NCBI GenBank assembly: GCA_963717505.1
Contig: OY970342.1
Location: forward strand, 2,688,001-2,752,000
Direction: 5' to 3'
Source of the DNA: Candidatus Eiseniibacteriota bacterium
Lineage (GTDB): Bacteria; Eisenbacteria; RBG-16-71-46
DNA length: 64,000 bases
This document shows positions 47,073-56,624 of this stretch, piece after piece. The notes below the pieces were generated by a model. That model saw nothing but the letters and a program-made list of their open reading frames with translations. It was not told the origin of the DNA and ran no database searches. The translations under genes and the position numbers were made by a program. How positions within the stretch are numbered: the first letter of the stretch is position 1; each line of letters starts with the position of its first letter.

Positions 47073-50000
47073 GTGATTCGAGCTGCCATCCGTAGCCTGC
47101 GGCGACCGGCATTCGTGCTGTTCGCCGTCGCGGCCCTTTCGCTTCTCAGCGTGACCGCGGCGCTGGCCCAATCCTGGACCATCACAGCAACGTCGGGTTC
47201 CAACGGCAGCATCACGCCTTCGGGAGCGGTCGTCGTTCCCAACGGGACCGACACCACGTTCTTCGCGACGCCGAACGTGGGCTATGTCGTCGCGGACGTG
47301 CTGGTCGACGGCGGCTCGGTCGGCGCGGTTTCGTCGTACATGTTCACCAACGTCACTTCCGATCACACGATTTCGGCATCGTTCACGGTCGCGACTCATT
47401 CGATCAGCATCGCGGTGAACGGGGTCGGGACGGTGACACGCGTCCCGGATCTCCCGCTCTACAACTACGGCGCTTCCGTTCAGCTCACGGCGACTCCCGG
47501 TCCTGGCCATCAGTTCGTCGGCTGGAGCGGCGATCTGCTCGGGTCGTCCAATCCGGCAACCATGATCATGACCGGTGACAAGTCGGTGACCGCGACGTTC
47601 GAACGGATGGTGCTCGGCTACGAGCGACTGCCGTTCAACAGCGCCTACACGCCGATCTCGACCGGTACGGGCGCGAGCACGCTGCTGGTCGCCGCCGACG
47701 ACTCGACGCGGTCGATTGCGCTGCCGTTCGATTTCACGTTCTCCGGGCTTCAGTACACGACCGGGAACTTCCTCGCGGTCAACGCCAACGGCTTCGCCCA
47801 TTTCTCGCGCACGGCGGTCACGACCTCCTCGACCTCGTTGTCCTCGAACGCGAACCTGTTCAACGCGTCGGCGCCGAACGCCACGCTGGCGCCGTGGTTC
47901 GACGACTTGAGCGTCGGCGCCGTGGGGACCAATCCCGCGGGTCGCGTGCTCTATCAGGTCGAGGGCAGCCCGGGGTCCCGCGTCCTGATCGTCCAGTGGA
48001 CCGACGTCTCGTCCTTTGCGAACGCGACTGGCGGTCAGCCGCGGCGCATCAACTTCCAGGTCGCGCTCAAGGAAACGTCCAACGAGGTCGAGTTCCGCTA
48101 CGGCCCGATCACCGGAGCCGACCACAGCGGTTTCGAATCCGGCTCGATCGGCATCGAGGACTCGATCGGCGGTCGGTTCCTCGACGCCGTCACCGGTTCG
48201 AAGTTCACCAGCAACGGCATGATGACCACGAACAAGTGGCCGAGCTTCAACCTCCGGTTCCTGCCCACGATACCGGGCACGATCGTCGGCGGCACGTACA
48301 CGACCGGTCCGGGCGGCTACTACACGTCGTTGTCCGAGGCGGTGGCCGACCTCAATCACAAAGGCATCTCCGGGCCGGTGACCATTCAGCTCGTGGACAA
48401 CATCGTGGACTCGACATCGGCCCATGGCAGCAACCGGTTCCCGATCCTGCTCGGGCCGGTCGAGGGCAGCTCTGCGATCAATACGATCACCATCGAGCCG
48501 GCCTCCGGGGTGGCTACGATGTTCCATCGCGGCACGGCGGCGGGAAACTGCGGGAATGGCATCTCGGTGACCGCGATCGGGACCGCGAACGAGCCGGTGT
48601 TCGGCGTCATGAGCGCCGACTACGTCACGTTGCGCAATCTGGCCATGGCGGGCGGGTCGCTGGTGGATCGTGGCTTGCTGCTCCTGCCCAACTCGGCCAC
48701 CGACGGCGCCCAGCACAACACATTCGACAACATCGCGATCAGCCTCGACCGAACCAACACCAGCTCGATCGGCGTCCAGCAGATCCTGCAGGTCACGCCC
48801 ACCGCGCAGTCCGGAACCAACTCGTTCAACAGCTACCGCGGCATCAGCGTAACCAACGCCTACGCCGGCATCTCACTGGCCGGAAGAGCCCCGGTCCTCG
48901 ACACCGATTGCGAGATCTCGGGAGTGGCCGGGATCCCGACCACGATCGGCGCCGAGTCGGTGCCCGGTGACATCGGAGGCGGTGCGATCCAGACGTTCGG
49001 TATTCGCGCGCTGAACCAAGCCAACATCACGATTCGCAGCTGCTTCGTGCGCCAGGTGACCGGCGCCGGAACCAGTGTCGTCGACGGCATCCTGCTGGAG
49101 AACAGCGGCTCGCTGACCGCGAGCAGCGGGCTGTGCCAGATCGTCGGCAACGTCGTCTATTCGATCAACAGCACCAACCCGAGCGCCGGCCGGGTCAGCG
49201 GCATTCGGGCTTCGCTCACCGCCAACTCGACCAGCCGGAGCCTGATCTACAACAACTTCGTCTACGACTTGAACTCGAGCAGCGCGTCGCCGTTCCCGCG
49301 ACGCATCGTCGGCATCTACCTGCAGGACGGCGGCCTCGGAGCCGGCGCCGTTCACGAGGTCGACTTCAACAGCGTTCGTCTGGCCCCGGGCAACACGGTG
49401 GCCTCGAACGCGTGCTTCGAGATCAACACCGCGACCGGTCCGGTGATTCGGGCCCGCAACAACGTATTCGCCAACTTCACCGGCACCCAGACCACCGCGT
49501 CGAGGCACTACACCTGGGTCACGCCGGCCACGAACTCGATTGGCCCGGCCGGGTCGGTCTCGGAGCGCAACGTCCTGCACGTGAACAACACGGTCAACGG
49601 CTTCACCGGGCTTTCGGGGACGACCGATCGGGCGACCCTGGGCGAATGGCAGACGGTGGCCAACAACGACTTCAACAGCCTGGCGGGCAACCCTCAGTTC
49701 GTCGGCCCGTTCAATCTCCACATCAACACGGCGTTCCCGTCCCCGGTGGAAAGCGGCGGATCGTTTTTCGGGGGGGACATCAGCTGGGTCACCGAGGACA
49801 TCGAAGGCAACCCGCGCAACCCGACCAGTCCCGACATCGGCGCCGACGAGGGCAACTTCGTGCCGCCGGCGACCAACGACATGGCGGCTTCCGGAATCGT
49901 GGAGCCAGTGCCGGGGAGCCTGATGGTCTCGGGCACCTCGTTCTCGCCCAGGGCCACGTTCGAGAACCAGGGCTCGGTCAGCCAGAATTCCATTCCCGTG

Positions 50001-53000
50001 CGGTTCCGCATCCGCGGTCCGCAGCCTGCGACCACGATCGTCTACGAGCAAACCGGCGTGATTCCCTCGCTGCCGATCGGATTGTCTCAGGTCGTGACCT
50101 TCCCCTCGACGTCGCTGGTCGCGGGCGGCAACTACACGCTGGAGGCGATCGCCGAGCTGGCGACCGACACCAACCCGGCCAACAACATGTCCACCGGCAT
50201 GTTCCAGATCGTCGGACCGCTGTCCGGAGACTATCTGGTCGGCGCCGGGCAAATGGCTCCATTCAATACCCTGACCGGCGCAGTGTCACGACTGAACTCG
50301 GTCGGAGTCGCGGGTCCGGTTCGATTCCTGCTGACCGATTCGAGCTACGGGCCGCTCGAGACCTTCCCAATCACGATCGCCACCCACCTGGGGGCGAGCG
50401 CCACCAACACCGTGACCCTCCGGCCGGCCCCCGGGAATGTCGTGACCCTGACCGGCAACAACAACCAGGCTTTGCTGTTGCTCTCCGGCGCGGATTACAT
50501 GGTGCTCGACGGATCGAACCAGACGGGTGGAACCAGCCGCGACTGGACGCTCGAGAACTTGAACGGCGAAGGCAGCGCGGTGGTGTGGGTCGCCTCGACC
50601 GTGGGCGGCGACGGCGCGACCAACAACATCGTGCGCAATCTGCGCGTCCGTGGCACCGGGGTCGGGACCGCGGCGGGCGTGGGTGTCGGCGGACCAGGCA
50701 TCGGGCTGGCGAGCAACGGCGCCGGCAATCTGTCGAACCGGGTCGAGAACGTGCAGGCCGAGCGCGCACAGGTGGGCGTGTACACCGCGGGGTCGCCGGG
50801 CACCGGAAAGTCGACGGGAACCGTGGTCACGAAGAACGATCTGGACGCGATGGCCCCCGACCAGCTGACCCGGGCGGGTGTGATGGCACGCTACGAGGAC
50901 GGCATCCAGATCACCGAAAACGTGATCGGCAACCTGAGCAGCACCAGCGTCGACGACGTCATCGGGATCGCGGTCGGCTTGAGCCTGGTCGCCTCCGACG
51001 TGTTCACCGGCGACGAAGTGGTCAACGCGACGGTCTCGCGCAACGTCATTCACGGCGTCGCCTCGAACAGCCTCAGCGAGGTCAGCGCCGCGGGCATCGC
51101 GGTGGCCCGGGCCTCGACCGGCATCAACACCATCGTCAACAACATGATCACCGGAGTGACCAGCAACGCCTACGAGCCCAGCCTGACGGTCGGCATCCTG
51201 GTGGGCGGCGGCGGCACGACCCGCGTCTGGTTCAATTCGGTGTGGATGCACGGTGATCGCGGCGATGCGAACGCCGCCAGCATTGCGCTGGCCGTCTGCG
51301 ACTCGACCTCCGCGTTCAACGTCCGCGACAACATTCTCGCGAACACCCAGACCGCCCTCGCCCTGTCGGGCGGCAAGGGCTTCGCGATCGCCACGGTGGC
51401 GGCGAACGCGTTCGGCAACCTGACCTCGAACTTCAACGACCTGTATTCGCCGACTGAGGGCAACGACCTGGCCATGGTCGGTGGACTCGACAACCAGGAC
51501 GACGGCGACCTGGCCACGCTCGCGGAGTGGCGCACCAAGAGCGGCCGCGACCTGCAATCGATTTCCAGCGATCCGATCTTCCAGAGCACCGACGACCTGC
51601 ACATCAACATCAAGTCGGGAACGGCGTCGCCGGTCGCCAACATCGGCCAGGCGATCAGCGGGGTCAGCAACGACTTCGACGGCGAGCCGGGCAATCGCAC
51701 GACCACGCCTGACATCGGCGCCGACGAGTTCGCCACCTTCAACCTGATCACGAACGTGGTCGGGCCGGGGACGATCGTCCGCAATCCGAACGCGACGAAC
51801 TACGAATCGGGCACCAACGTGCAGATCACGGCGGTGCCCGCGGTCGGGCACTCGTTCACCGGCTGGAGCGGCGCGGTCACCGGAATGACCAATCCGACCA
51901 CCGTCCTGATGAACGCGCACAAGACCGTGACCGCGACGTTCGTCATCAACACCTACACGCTGAGTGTGAACGCGGGCCCCAACGGCACGGTGGCCAAGAC
52001 GCCCAATCAGGCGACCTACACGCACGGCACCGCGGTCCAGGTTTCGGCTACGCCCATTCCGACGTTCCGGCTGGCGGGCTGGTCGGGGGACACCACCGGA
52101 ACCGCCAATCCGTTCACGGTCATCATGAACGGCAACAAGACCTACACCGCGACCTTCGAGCTCGATGCCTTCCCGATCAACGTCACGATCGTCGGCGGTG
52201 GAACCGTCACCAAGACGCCGAATCAGACGAACTATCCGAATGGAACGCCGGTTCAGGTGGTGGCGACCGCCGCTACCGGCTTCGACTTCACCGGCTGGAC
52301 CGGGGACACGACGACCACCGAGGACACGCTCAGTCTGGTCATGACCAGAACGCGCAACCTGACGGCGACCTTCACCATCAGGACCTACACGGTGTCGGTG
52401 TCGGCGGGACCCAACGGCACGGTGAGCAAGGCGCCGGATCAGCCGCTCTACGATTACGGCACCAACTTGGTGCTCACGGCGAATCCGTCCGTCGGCTATC
52501 ACCTGGTGAGCTGGGGTGGGGACACCACCTCTACGGCAAATCCGCTGACCGTGATCGTCACCCGAAATCGGACCATCAGCGCGACCTTTGCGATCAACCA
52601 GTACACATTGAACGTCACGACCCTCGGTCCTGGCGCGGTGGTCAAGGCGCCCAACCAGCCGAACTACGATCACGGCATCAGCGTCAACCTGACGGCAACG
52701 CCGAACACCGGGTTCCACTTCGTCGGCTGGGGTGGCGACACCACCGGGACGACGAATCCCCTGGCCGTGGTCATGACCCGCAATCGGACGATGTCGGCGA
52801 CGTTCGGCTACCAACTGAATACCGCCGTGGTCGGCACCGGATCCGTGACCCGCAATCCCAACCAGCAGAACTATGCCCCGGGAACGGCGGTGAGCCTGAC
52901 CGCGGTTCCGGGCGCCGGTTACAGCTTCACCGGGTGGAGTGGCGACACCACGACCACGGTGAATCCCCTCAATCTGCAGATGACGCGTAACCGGAGCTTC

Positions 53001-55799
53001 ACCGCCACCTTCACGATCAATCAGTACACGCTGAGTGTCACCAACGTCGGTGGCGGCACCAACGCCAAGGTCCCGAACCAGGCGACCTACGCCCATGGCA
53101 CCAGCGTCCAGGTGACTGCGACGCCCAACCCGTTCAACCACTTCGTGAGCTGGACCGGGGACACGACCGGAACCACGAATCCGCTGACGCTGATCATGAA
53201 CCGCAATCGCGCGTTCGCGGCCAATTTCGCGATCGACACCTACCCGTTGACCGTGAACGTCACCGGCAGTGGCAGCGTCGCGAAGAACCCGGACCTGCCG
53301 CAGTACAATCACGGCTCGACGCTGCAGTTGACCGCGACCCCGGCGGTGGGCTGGTCGTTCACCGGCTGGACCGGCGACACCACGACCACCACCAACCCGC
53401 TGACCGTCGTGATGAACCGGGCGAAGACCCTGACCGCCACCTTCACGATCAACAGTTATGCCTTGACCGTGAACGTGGTCGGCAACGGCAGCGTCGCCAG
53501 GAATCCGAACCAGCCGACCTACACCCATGGCACCAGTGTCCAGCTGACCGCGACGCCGAACACCGGTTGGAGCTTCACCAACTGGAGCGGCGCCGTCACC
53601 GGAAGCACGAACCCGGTGCAGGTGGTCATGGATGCGCCCAAGACCGTGACCGGCACGTTCGTGATCAACAGCTACTCGATGACGGTGAGCGTGGTGGGCA
53701 GCGGCAGCGTGAGCAAGAGCCCCGATCAGCCGCTCTACGGCCACGGCGCTTCGGTGCAACTGACCGCGAATCCGGCGGTCGGCTTCAGCTTCACCAACTG
53801 GAGTGGGGACACCAGCGGCACCGTGAACCCGTTGCTGGTGGTCATGACTCGCAACCGCACGGTCACCGCGAATTTCGTGATCAACACGTATCCCTTGACG
53901 ATCAACGTGGTCGGGAGCGGCGCCGTCGTCAGGAACCCGAACCAGCCGAACTACAACCACGGGACCAACGTCCTGCTGACCGCGAATCCCGCGGTCGGAT
54001 TCAGCTTCACCGGCTGGACCGGAGATACGACCGCGACCACCAACCCGCTGCCGCTGCCGATGATTGCGCCGCGGACTCTGACCGCGACCTTCACGCTGAA
54101 TGCCTACACGCTCGGCGTGACCGTGGTCGGCAATGGCAGCGTCGCCAAGAACCCGGACCAGCCGACCTACAATCACGGCACCAGCGTGACACTGACCGGG
54201 ACCCCCCAGCAGTTCCACCACTTCGTCTCGTGGAGCGGGGACACCACCACCACCACCAATCCGCTCACGATCATCATGACGCGCAATCGCACGGTCACCG
54301 CGACGTTCGCGATCGATCAATACACGCTGACCGTGAATGCCGGAGCCAACGGCACGGTGACCAAGATCCCGAATCAGCCCCTGTACGATCACGGATCGAC
54401 GGTTCAGCTCGATGCCGTACCCAACACCGGCTTCGAGTTGATCGGCTGGGGCGGGGCCGCGAGCGGGTCCACGGATCCCCTCAGCGTCCTGATGGACGGC
54501 AACAAGACCATCTCGGCGACCTTCGGCTACCGGTTGACGACGACCGTGACCGGCAGCGGCAGCGTGACGCGCAATCCCGATGCGCAGGTCTACCCGCCGT
54601 CCACCGTGGTGCAGCTGACCGCGGTCCCGGTCACGGGCTGGTCGTTCACCAACTGGAGCGGCGGCGTCACCGGAACCGCAAACCCGACTCCGATCACGAT
54701 GGCGGGAGCCCGGACCGTCAACGCCACCTTCACGATCAACAGCTACACACTGACCGTGAACAGCGGCGGCAACGGTACGGTGAGCAGGAATCCGGATCAG
54801 CCGACCTACACGCACGGCACGACCGTACAGGTCACGGCCACGCCATCGACCGGCTACCACCTGCAGAACTGGAGCGGCAGCGCCACCGGCAGCGCGAACC
54901 CGTTGAGCGTGTTGATGGACGGCAACAAGACCATCACCGCCAACTTCGTGATCAACACCTACGACCTGCAGATCAGCATCCTGGGCCCGGGCTCGGTCAA
55001 CGCGACGCCCGACCTGCCGATCTATCCGCACGGAACCGTGGTTCAGCTGCAGACCGTGCCGCTCAGCTCCGGCCACCACTTCGTCGAGTGGACCGGCGCC
55101 GCGGCCAGTTTCGGTTCGCAGCGCAACATTCAGATCACGATGAACGGGCCGCTGAACATCGGCGCCACGTTCACCATCACCGAGAACGTCCCGCCGGTCG
55201 TCCAGGTGCTCAGCCCGAACGGCAGCGAACTGGTGGTCGATGGCCAGACCGCGGTCATCACCTGGATCGCCACCGACAACGTCGGCGTCGTCGCGATCGA
55301 CATCTTCCTGTCGCGCAACGGCCCGGGTGGGCCGTTCGAGCACTTGGCCGGGCCGATGCCCAATGACTACCCGACCTTCGACTGGCACGTGACGCTGCCC
55401 GCGACGACCAACGCGCACATCCGAGTGGTCGGGCGCGATGCGAACGGCTACACCGGCGCCGACCTGAGCGACGCCGCGTTCGAGATCGTGCCGCGGACGG
55501 TCGACGTCACGCCCGAGTTGCCGACCGCCTTCGCGCTGGCGGCGGTCTATCCGAATCCGACGATGTCGCAGGCGCGGGTCACGTTCGACGTGCCGACGGC
55601 GGCGTCGATTCGCATGGCGGTTCTCGACCTCCAAGGGCGCGAGATCGCCGTGCTGGTCGACGGTGTCACGGAGCCCGGTCGACATCAGGTGATCTGGCAC
55701 GCGCGCGGTCGCGAGGGACGCGTTCAGCCGGGCGTCTACTTCCTGAACATGAGGTCGCCGGCCGGTCAGCTCACCCGGCGAATCGTGGTCTCGAACTAG
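47073..55799 (+). CDS. Giant secreted adhesin-like protein 2 (about 2900 aa), paralog of 36697..46752
   Basis: GGGAG SD + GTG, signal peptide (TAALA|QS), 2 repeats, the same NIDO-like/beta-helix/CARDB core, 16 repeats, Ig-like PVVQVLSPNG domain, CTD (YPNP...DLQGREIA...PGVYFL). Confidence 0.88.
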   Translation: MIRAAIRSLRRPAFVLFAVAALSLLSVTAALAQSWTITATSGSNGSITPSGAVVVPNGTDTTFFATPNVGYVVADVLVDGGSVGAVSSYMFTNVTSDHTISASFTVATHSISIAVNGVGTVTRVPDLPLYNYGASVQLTATPGPGHQFVGWSGDLLGSSNPATMIMTGDKSVTATFERMVLGYERLPFNSAYTPISTGTGASTLLVAADDSTRSIALPFDFTFSGLQYTTGNFLAVNANGFAHFSRTAVTTSSTSLSSNANLFNASAPNATLAPWFDDLSVGAVGTNPAGRVLYQVEGSPGSRVLIVQWTDVSSFANATGGQPRRINFQVALKETSNEVEFRYGPITGADHSGFESGSIGIEDSIGGRFLDAVTGSKFTSNGMMTTNKWPSFNLRFLPTIPGTIVGGTYTTGPGGYYTSLSEAVADLNHKGISGPVTIQLVDNIVDSTSAHGSNRFPILLGPVEGSSAINTITIEPASGVATMFHRGTAAGNCGNGISVTAIGTANEPVFGVMSADYVTLRNLAMAGGSLVDRGLLLLPNSATDGAQHNTFDNIAISLDRTNTSSIGVQQILQVTPTAQSGTNSFNSYRGISVTNAYAGISLAGRAPVLDTDCEISGVAGIPTTIGAESVPGDIGGGAIQTFGIRALNQANITIRSCFVRQVTGAGTSVVDGILLENSGSLTASSGLCQIVGNVVYSINSTNPSAGRVSGIRASLTANSTSRSLIYNNFVYDLNSSSASPFPRRIVGIYLQDGGLGAGAVHEVDFNSVRLAPGNTVASNACFEINTATGPVIRARNNVFANFTGTQTTASRHYTWVTPATNSIGPAGSVSERNVLHVNNTVNGFTGLSGTTDRATLGEWQTVANNDFNSLAGNPQFVGPFNLHINTAFPSPVESGGSFFGGDISWVTEDIEGNPRNPTSPDIGADEGNFVPPATNDMAASGIVEPVPGSLMVSGTSFSPRATFENQGSVSQNSIPVRFRIRGPQPATTIVYEQTGVIPSLPIGLSQVVTFPSTSLVAGGNYTLEAIAELATDTNPANNMSTGMFQIVGPLSGDYLVGAGQMAPFNTLTGAVSRLNSVGVAGPVRFLLTDSSYGPLETFPITIATHLGASATNTVTLRPAPGNVVTLTGNNNQALLLLSGADYMVLDGSNQTGGTSRDWTLENLNGEGSAVVWVASTVGGDGATNNIVRNLRVRGTGVGTAAGVGVGGPGIGLASNGAGNLSNRVENVQAERAQVGVYTAGSPGTGKSTGTVVTKNDLDAMAPDQLTRAGVMARYEDGIQITENVIGNLSSTSVDDVIGIAVGLSLVASDVFTGDEVVNATVSRNVIHGVASNSLSEVSAAGIAVARASTGINTIVNNMITGVTSNAYEPSLTVGILVGGGGTTRVWFNSVWMHGDRGDANAASIALAVCDSTSAFNVRDNILANTQTALALSGGKGFAIATVAANAFGNLTSNFNDLYSPTEGNDLAMVGGLDNQDDGDLATLAEWRTKSGRDLQSISSDPIFQSTDDLHINIKSGTASPVANIGQAISGVSNDFDGEPGNRTTTPDIGADEFATFNLITNVVGPGTIVRNPNATNYESGTNVQITAVPAVGHSFTGWSGAVTGMTNPTTVLMNAHKTVTATFVINTYTLSVNAGPNGTVAKTPNQATYTHGTAVQVSATPIPTFRLAGWSGDTTGTANPFTVIMNGNKTYTATFELDAFPINVTIVGGGTVTKTPNQTNYPNGTPVQVVATAATGFDFTGWTGDTTTTEDTLSLVMTRTRNLTATFTIRTYTVSVSAGPNGTVSKAPDQPLYDYGTNLVLTANPSVGYHLVSWGGDTTSTANPLTVIVTRNRTISATFAINQYTLNVTTLGPGAVVKAPNQPNYDHGISVNLTATPNTGFHFVGWGGDTTGTTNPLAVVMTRNRTMSATFGYQLNTAVVGTGSVTRNPNQQNYAPGTAVSLTAVPGAGYSFTGWSGDTTTTVNPLNLQMTRNRSFTATFTINQYTLSVTNVGGGTNAKVPNQATYAHGTSVQVTATPNPFNHFVSWTGDTTGTTNPLTLIMNRNRAFAANFAIDTYPLTVNVTGSGSVAKNPDLPQYNHGSTLQLTATPAVGWSFTGWTGDTTTTTNPLTVVMNRAKTLTATFTINSYALTVNVVGNGSVARNPNQPTYTHGTSVQLTATPNTGWSFTNWSGAVTGSTNPVQVVMDAPKTVTGTFVINSYSMTVSVVGSGSVSKSPDQPLYGHGASVQLTANPAVGFSFTNWSGDTSGTVNPLLVVMTRNRTVTANFVINTYPLTINVVGSGAVVRNPNQPNYNHGTNVLLTANPAVGFSFTGWTGDTTATTNPLPLPMIAPRTLTATFTLNAYTLGVTVVGNGSVAKNPDQPTYNHGTSVTLTGTPQQFHHFVSWSGDTTTTTNPLTIIMTRNRTVTATFAIDQYTLTVNAGANGTVTKIPNQPLYDHGSTVQLDAVPNTGFELIGWGGAASGSTDPLSVLMDGNKTISATFGYRLTTTVTGSGSVTRNPDAQVYPPSTVVQLTAVPVTGWSFTNWSGGVTGTANPTPITMAGARTVNATFTINSYTLTVNSGGNGTVSRNPDQPTYTHGTTVQVTATPSTGYHLQNWSGSATGSANPLSVLMDGNKTITANFVINTYDLQISILGPGSVNATPDLPIYPHGTVVQLQTVPLSSGHHFVEWTGAAASFGSQRNIQITMNGPLNIGATFTITENVPPVVQVLSPNGSELVVDGQTAVITWIATDNVGVVAIDIFLSRNGPGGPFEHLAGPMPNDYPTFDWHVTLPATTNAHIRVVGRDANGYTGADLSDAAFEIVPRTVDVTPELPTAFALAAVYPNPTMSQARVTFDVPTAASIRMAVLDLQGREIAVLVDGVTEPGRHQVIWHARGREGRVQPGVYFLNMRSPAGQLTRRIVVSN
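51738..55180 (+). repeat. 16 tandem 70-74 aa InlB-B/Flg_new-like repeats
   Basis: Counted from the translation; same consensus as in paralog 1. Confidence 0.9.
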
Positions 55800-55823
55800 T
55801 CGGCCCGAGAGAAGACGAACGCC

Positions 55824-56624
55824 TTAGAACCGGCCCCGGAGTCGCTCCGGGGCCGGTAGGTTTTCCAGGCAGGTCGTCCACCAACCGGTGCGAATCGTGG
55901 CGACGAATTCCTCCGGCAGCCGCTCGGTCTCCATCTCGCGGGCCAGGGCCTCGTGGTCGTAGGCGACGCGCCGGAAGGTCACGGCCACGTCGCGGCCCAG
56001 GTCGATCTCGGCACAAACGACCTCCGGTCGGCCATCGTTGGCCGGCCGGCCGATCGTGCCGACGTTGATCACGTGGCGACCCGACGGCAACGACCGGTGC
56101 CAGGGCAGGCCGGTGTGGGTGCACAGGACGACGTCGGCGGCGGCGTGTTCGCACAGCCATTCGAGGAATGCGTCCGAGCAGGTCGATTCCCACAGGAACT
56201 CGTTCACCCGGCGCGGTGATCCGTGGCACAGGAGCAACCGGCGTCCCGCGACCTCGAGGCGCGCCTGCTCGGGCAACCCGAGCAGCCAGGGCCGATGTCG
56301 CGCCGAGGTTCGCGCCCGCGTGTAGTCGTAGGAGATCTGCGCGAAGCGCCGATCGCGGGGGTCGGCGTAGCCGCAGGCGCAATCGTCGCGACCGCTGCCA
56401 ATCGCTTCGTCGTAGTTGCCGCGTACGATGGGGATCGACTCGGCGCGCAAGCGTTCGAGGACGCGATCCGGGTGTGGGCCGAACCCGCCCAGGTCGCCCA
56501 GGCACCAGATCCGGTCGGCGCCGCAGCCGCGCAGGTCGGCGAGCACGGCGTCGAGAGCCAGGTGGTTGCTGTAGACCCCGCCGAACGCCGCGAGTCGAAC
56601 CGGGCTGGCCCCGGCGCCGTTCAC
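55824..56624 (-). CDS. Metallophosphoesterase-fold protein with altered metal motifs
   Basis: CLGDLGGFGP.P, RGNYD, CHGSP, NVGTIGRP, RVAYD are retained; motif I reads GGVYSN. GTG start overlaps the radical SAM stop (GTGA). Confidence 0.85.
   Translation of the reverse strand: MNGAGASPVRLAAFGGVYSNHLALDAVLADLRGCGADRIWCLGDLGGFGPHPDRVLERLRAESIPIVRGNYDEAIGSGRDDCACGYADPRDRRFAQISYDYTRARTSARHRPWLLGLPEQARLEVAGRRLLLCHGSPRRVNEFLWESTCSDAFLEWLCEHAAADVVLCTHTGLPWHRSLPSGRHVINVGTIGRPANDGRPEVVCAEIDLGRDVAVTFRRVAYDHEALAREMETERLPEEFVATIRTGWWTTCLENLPAPERLRGRF
55830..55864 (+). terminator. Perfect 12-bp hairpin, probable terminator for adhesin 2, embedded in the 3' end of the opposite-strand CDS
   Basis: CCGGCCCCGGAG-TCG-CTCCGGGGCCGG-TAGG-TTTT. 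Confidence 0.5.

Noticed and set aside
50286-55700. 1804-aa antisense ORF, and many other long opposite-strand or alternate-frame ORFs
   Set aside because: Shadow ORFs produced by high-GC codon bias and repeats of the real gene; Arg/Gly/Ala-rich with no motifs.
56621-56623. Selenocysteine read-through of the radical SAM TGA
   Set aside because: The TGA follows a complete Cys motif and overlaps the next start; no evidence for a SECIS.
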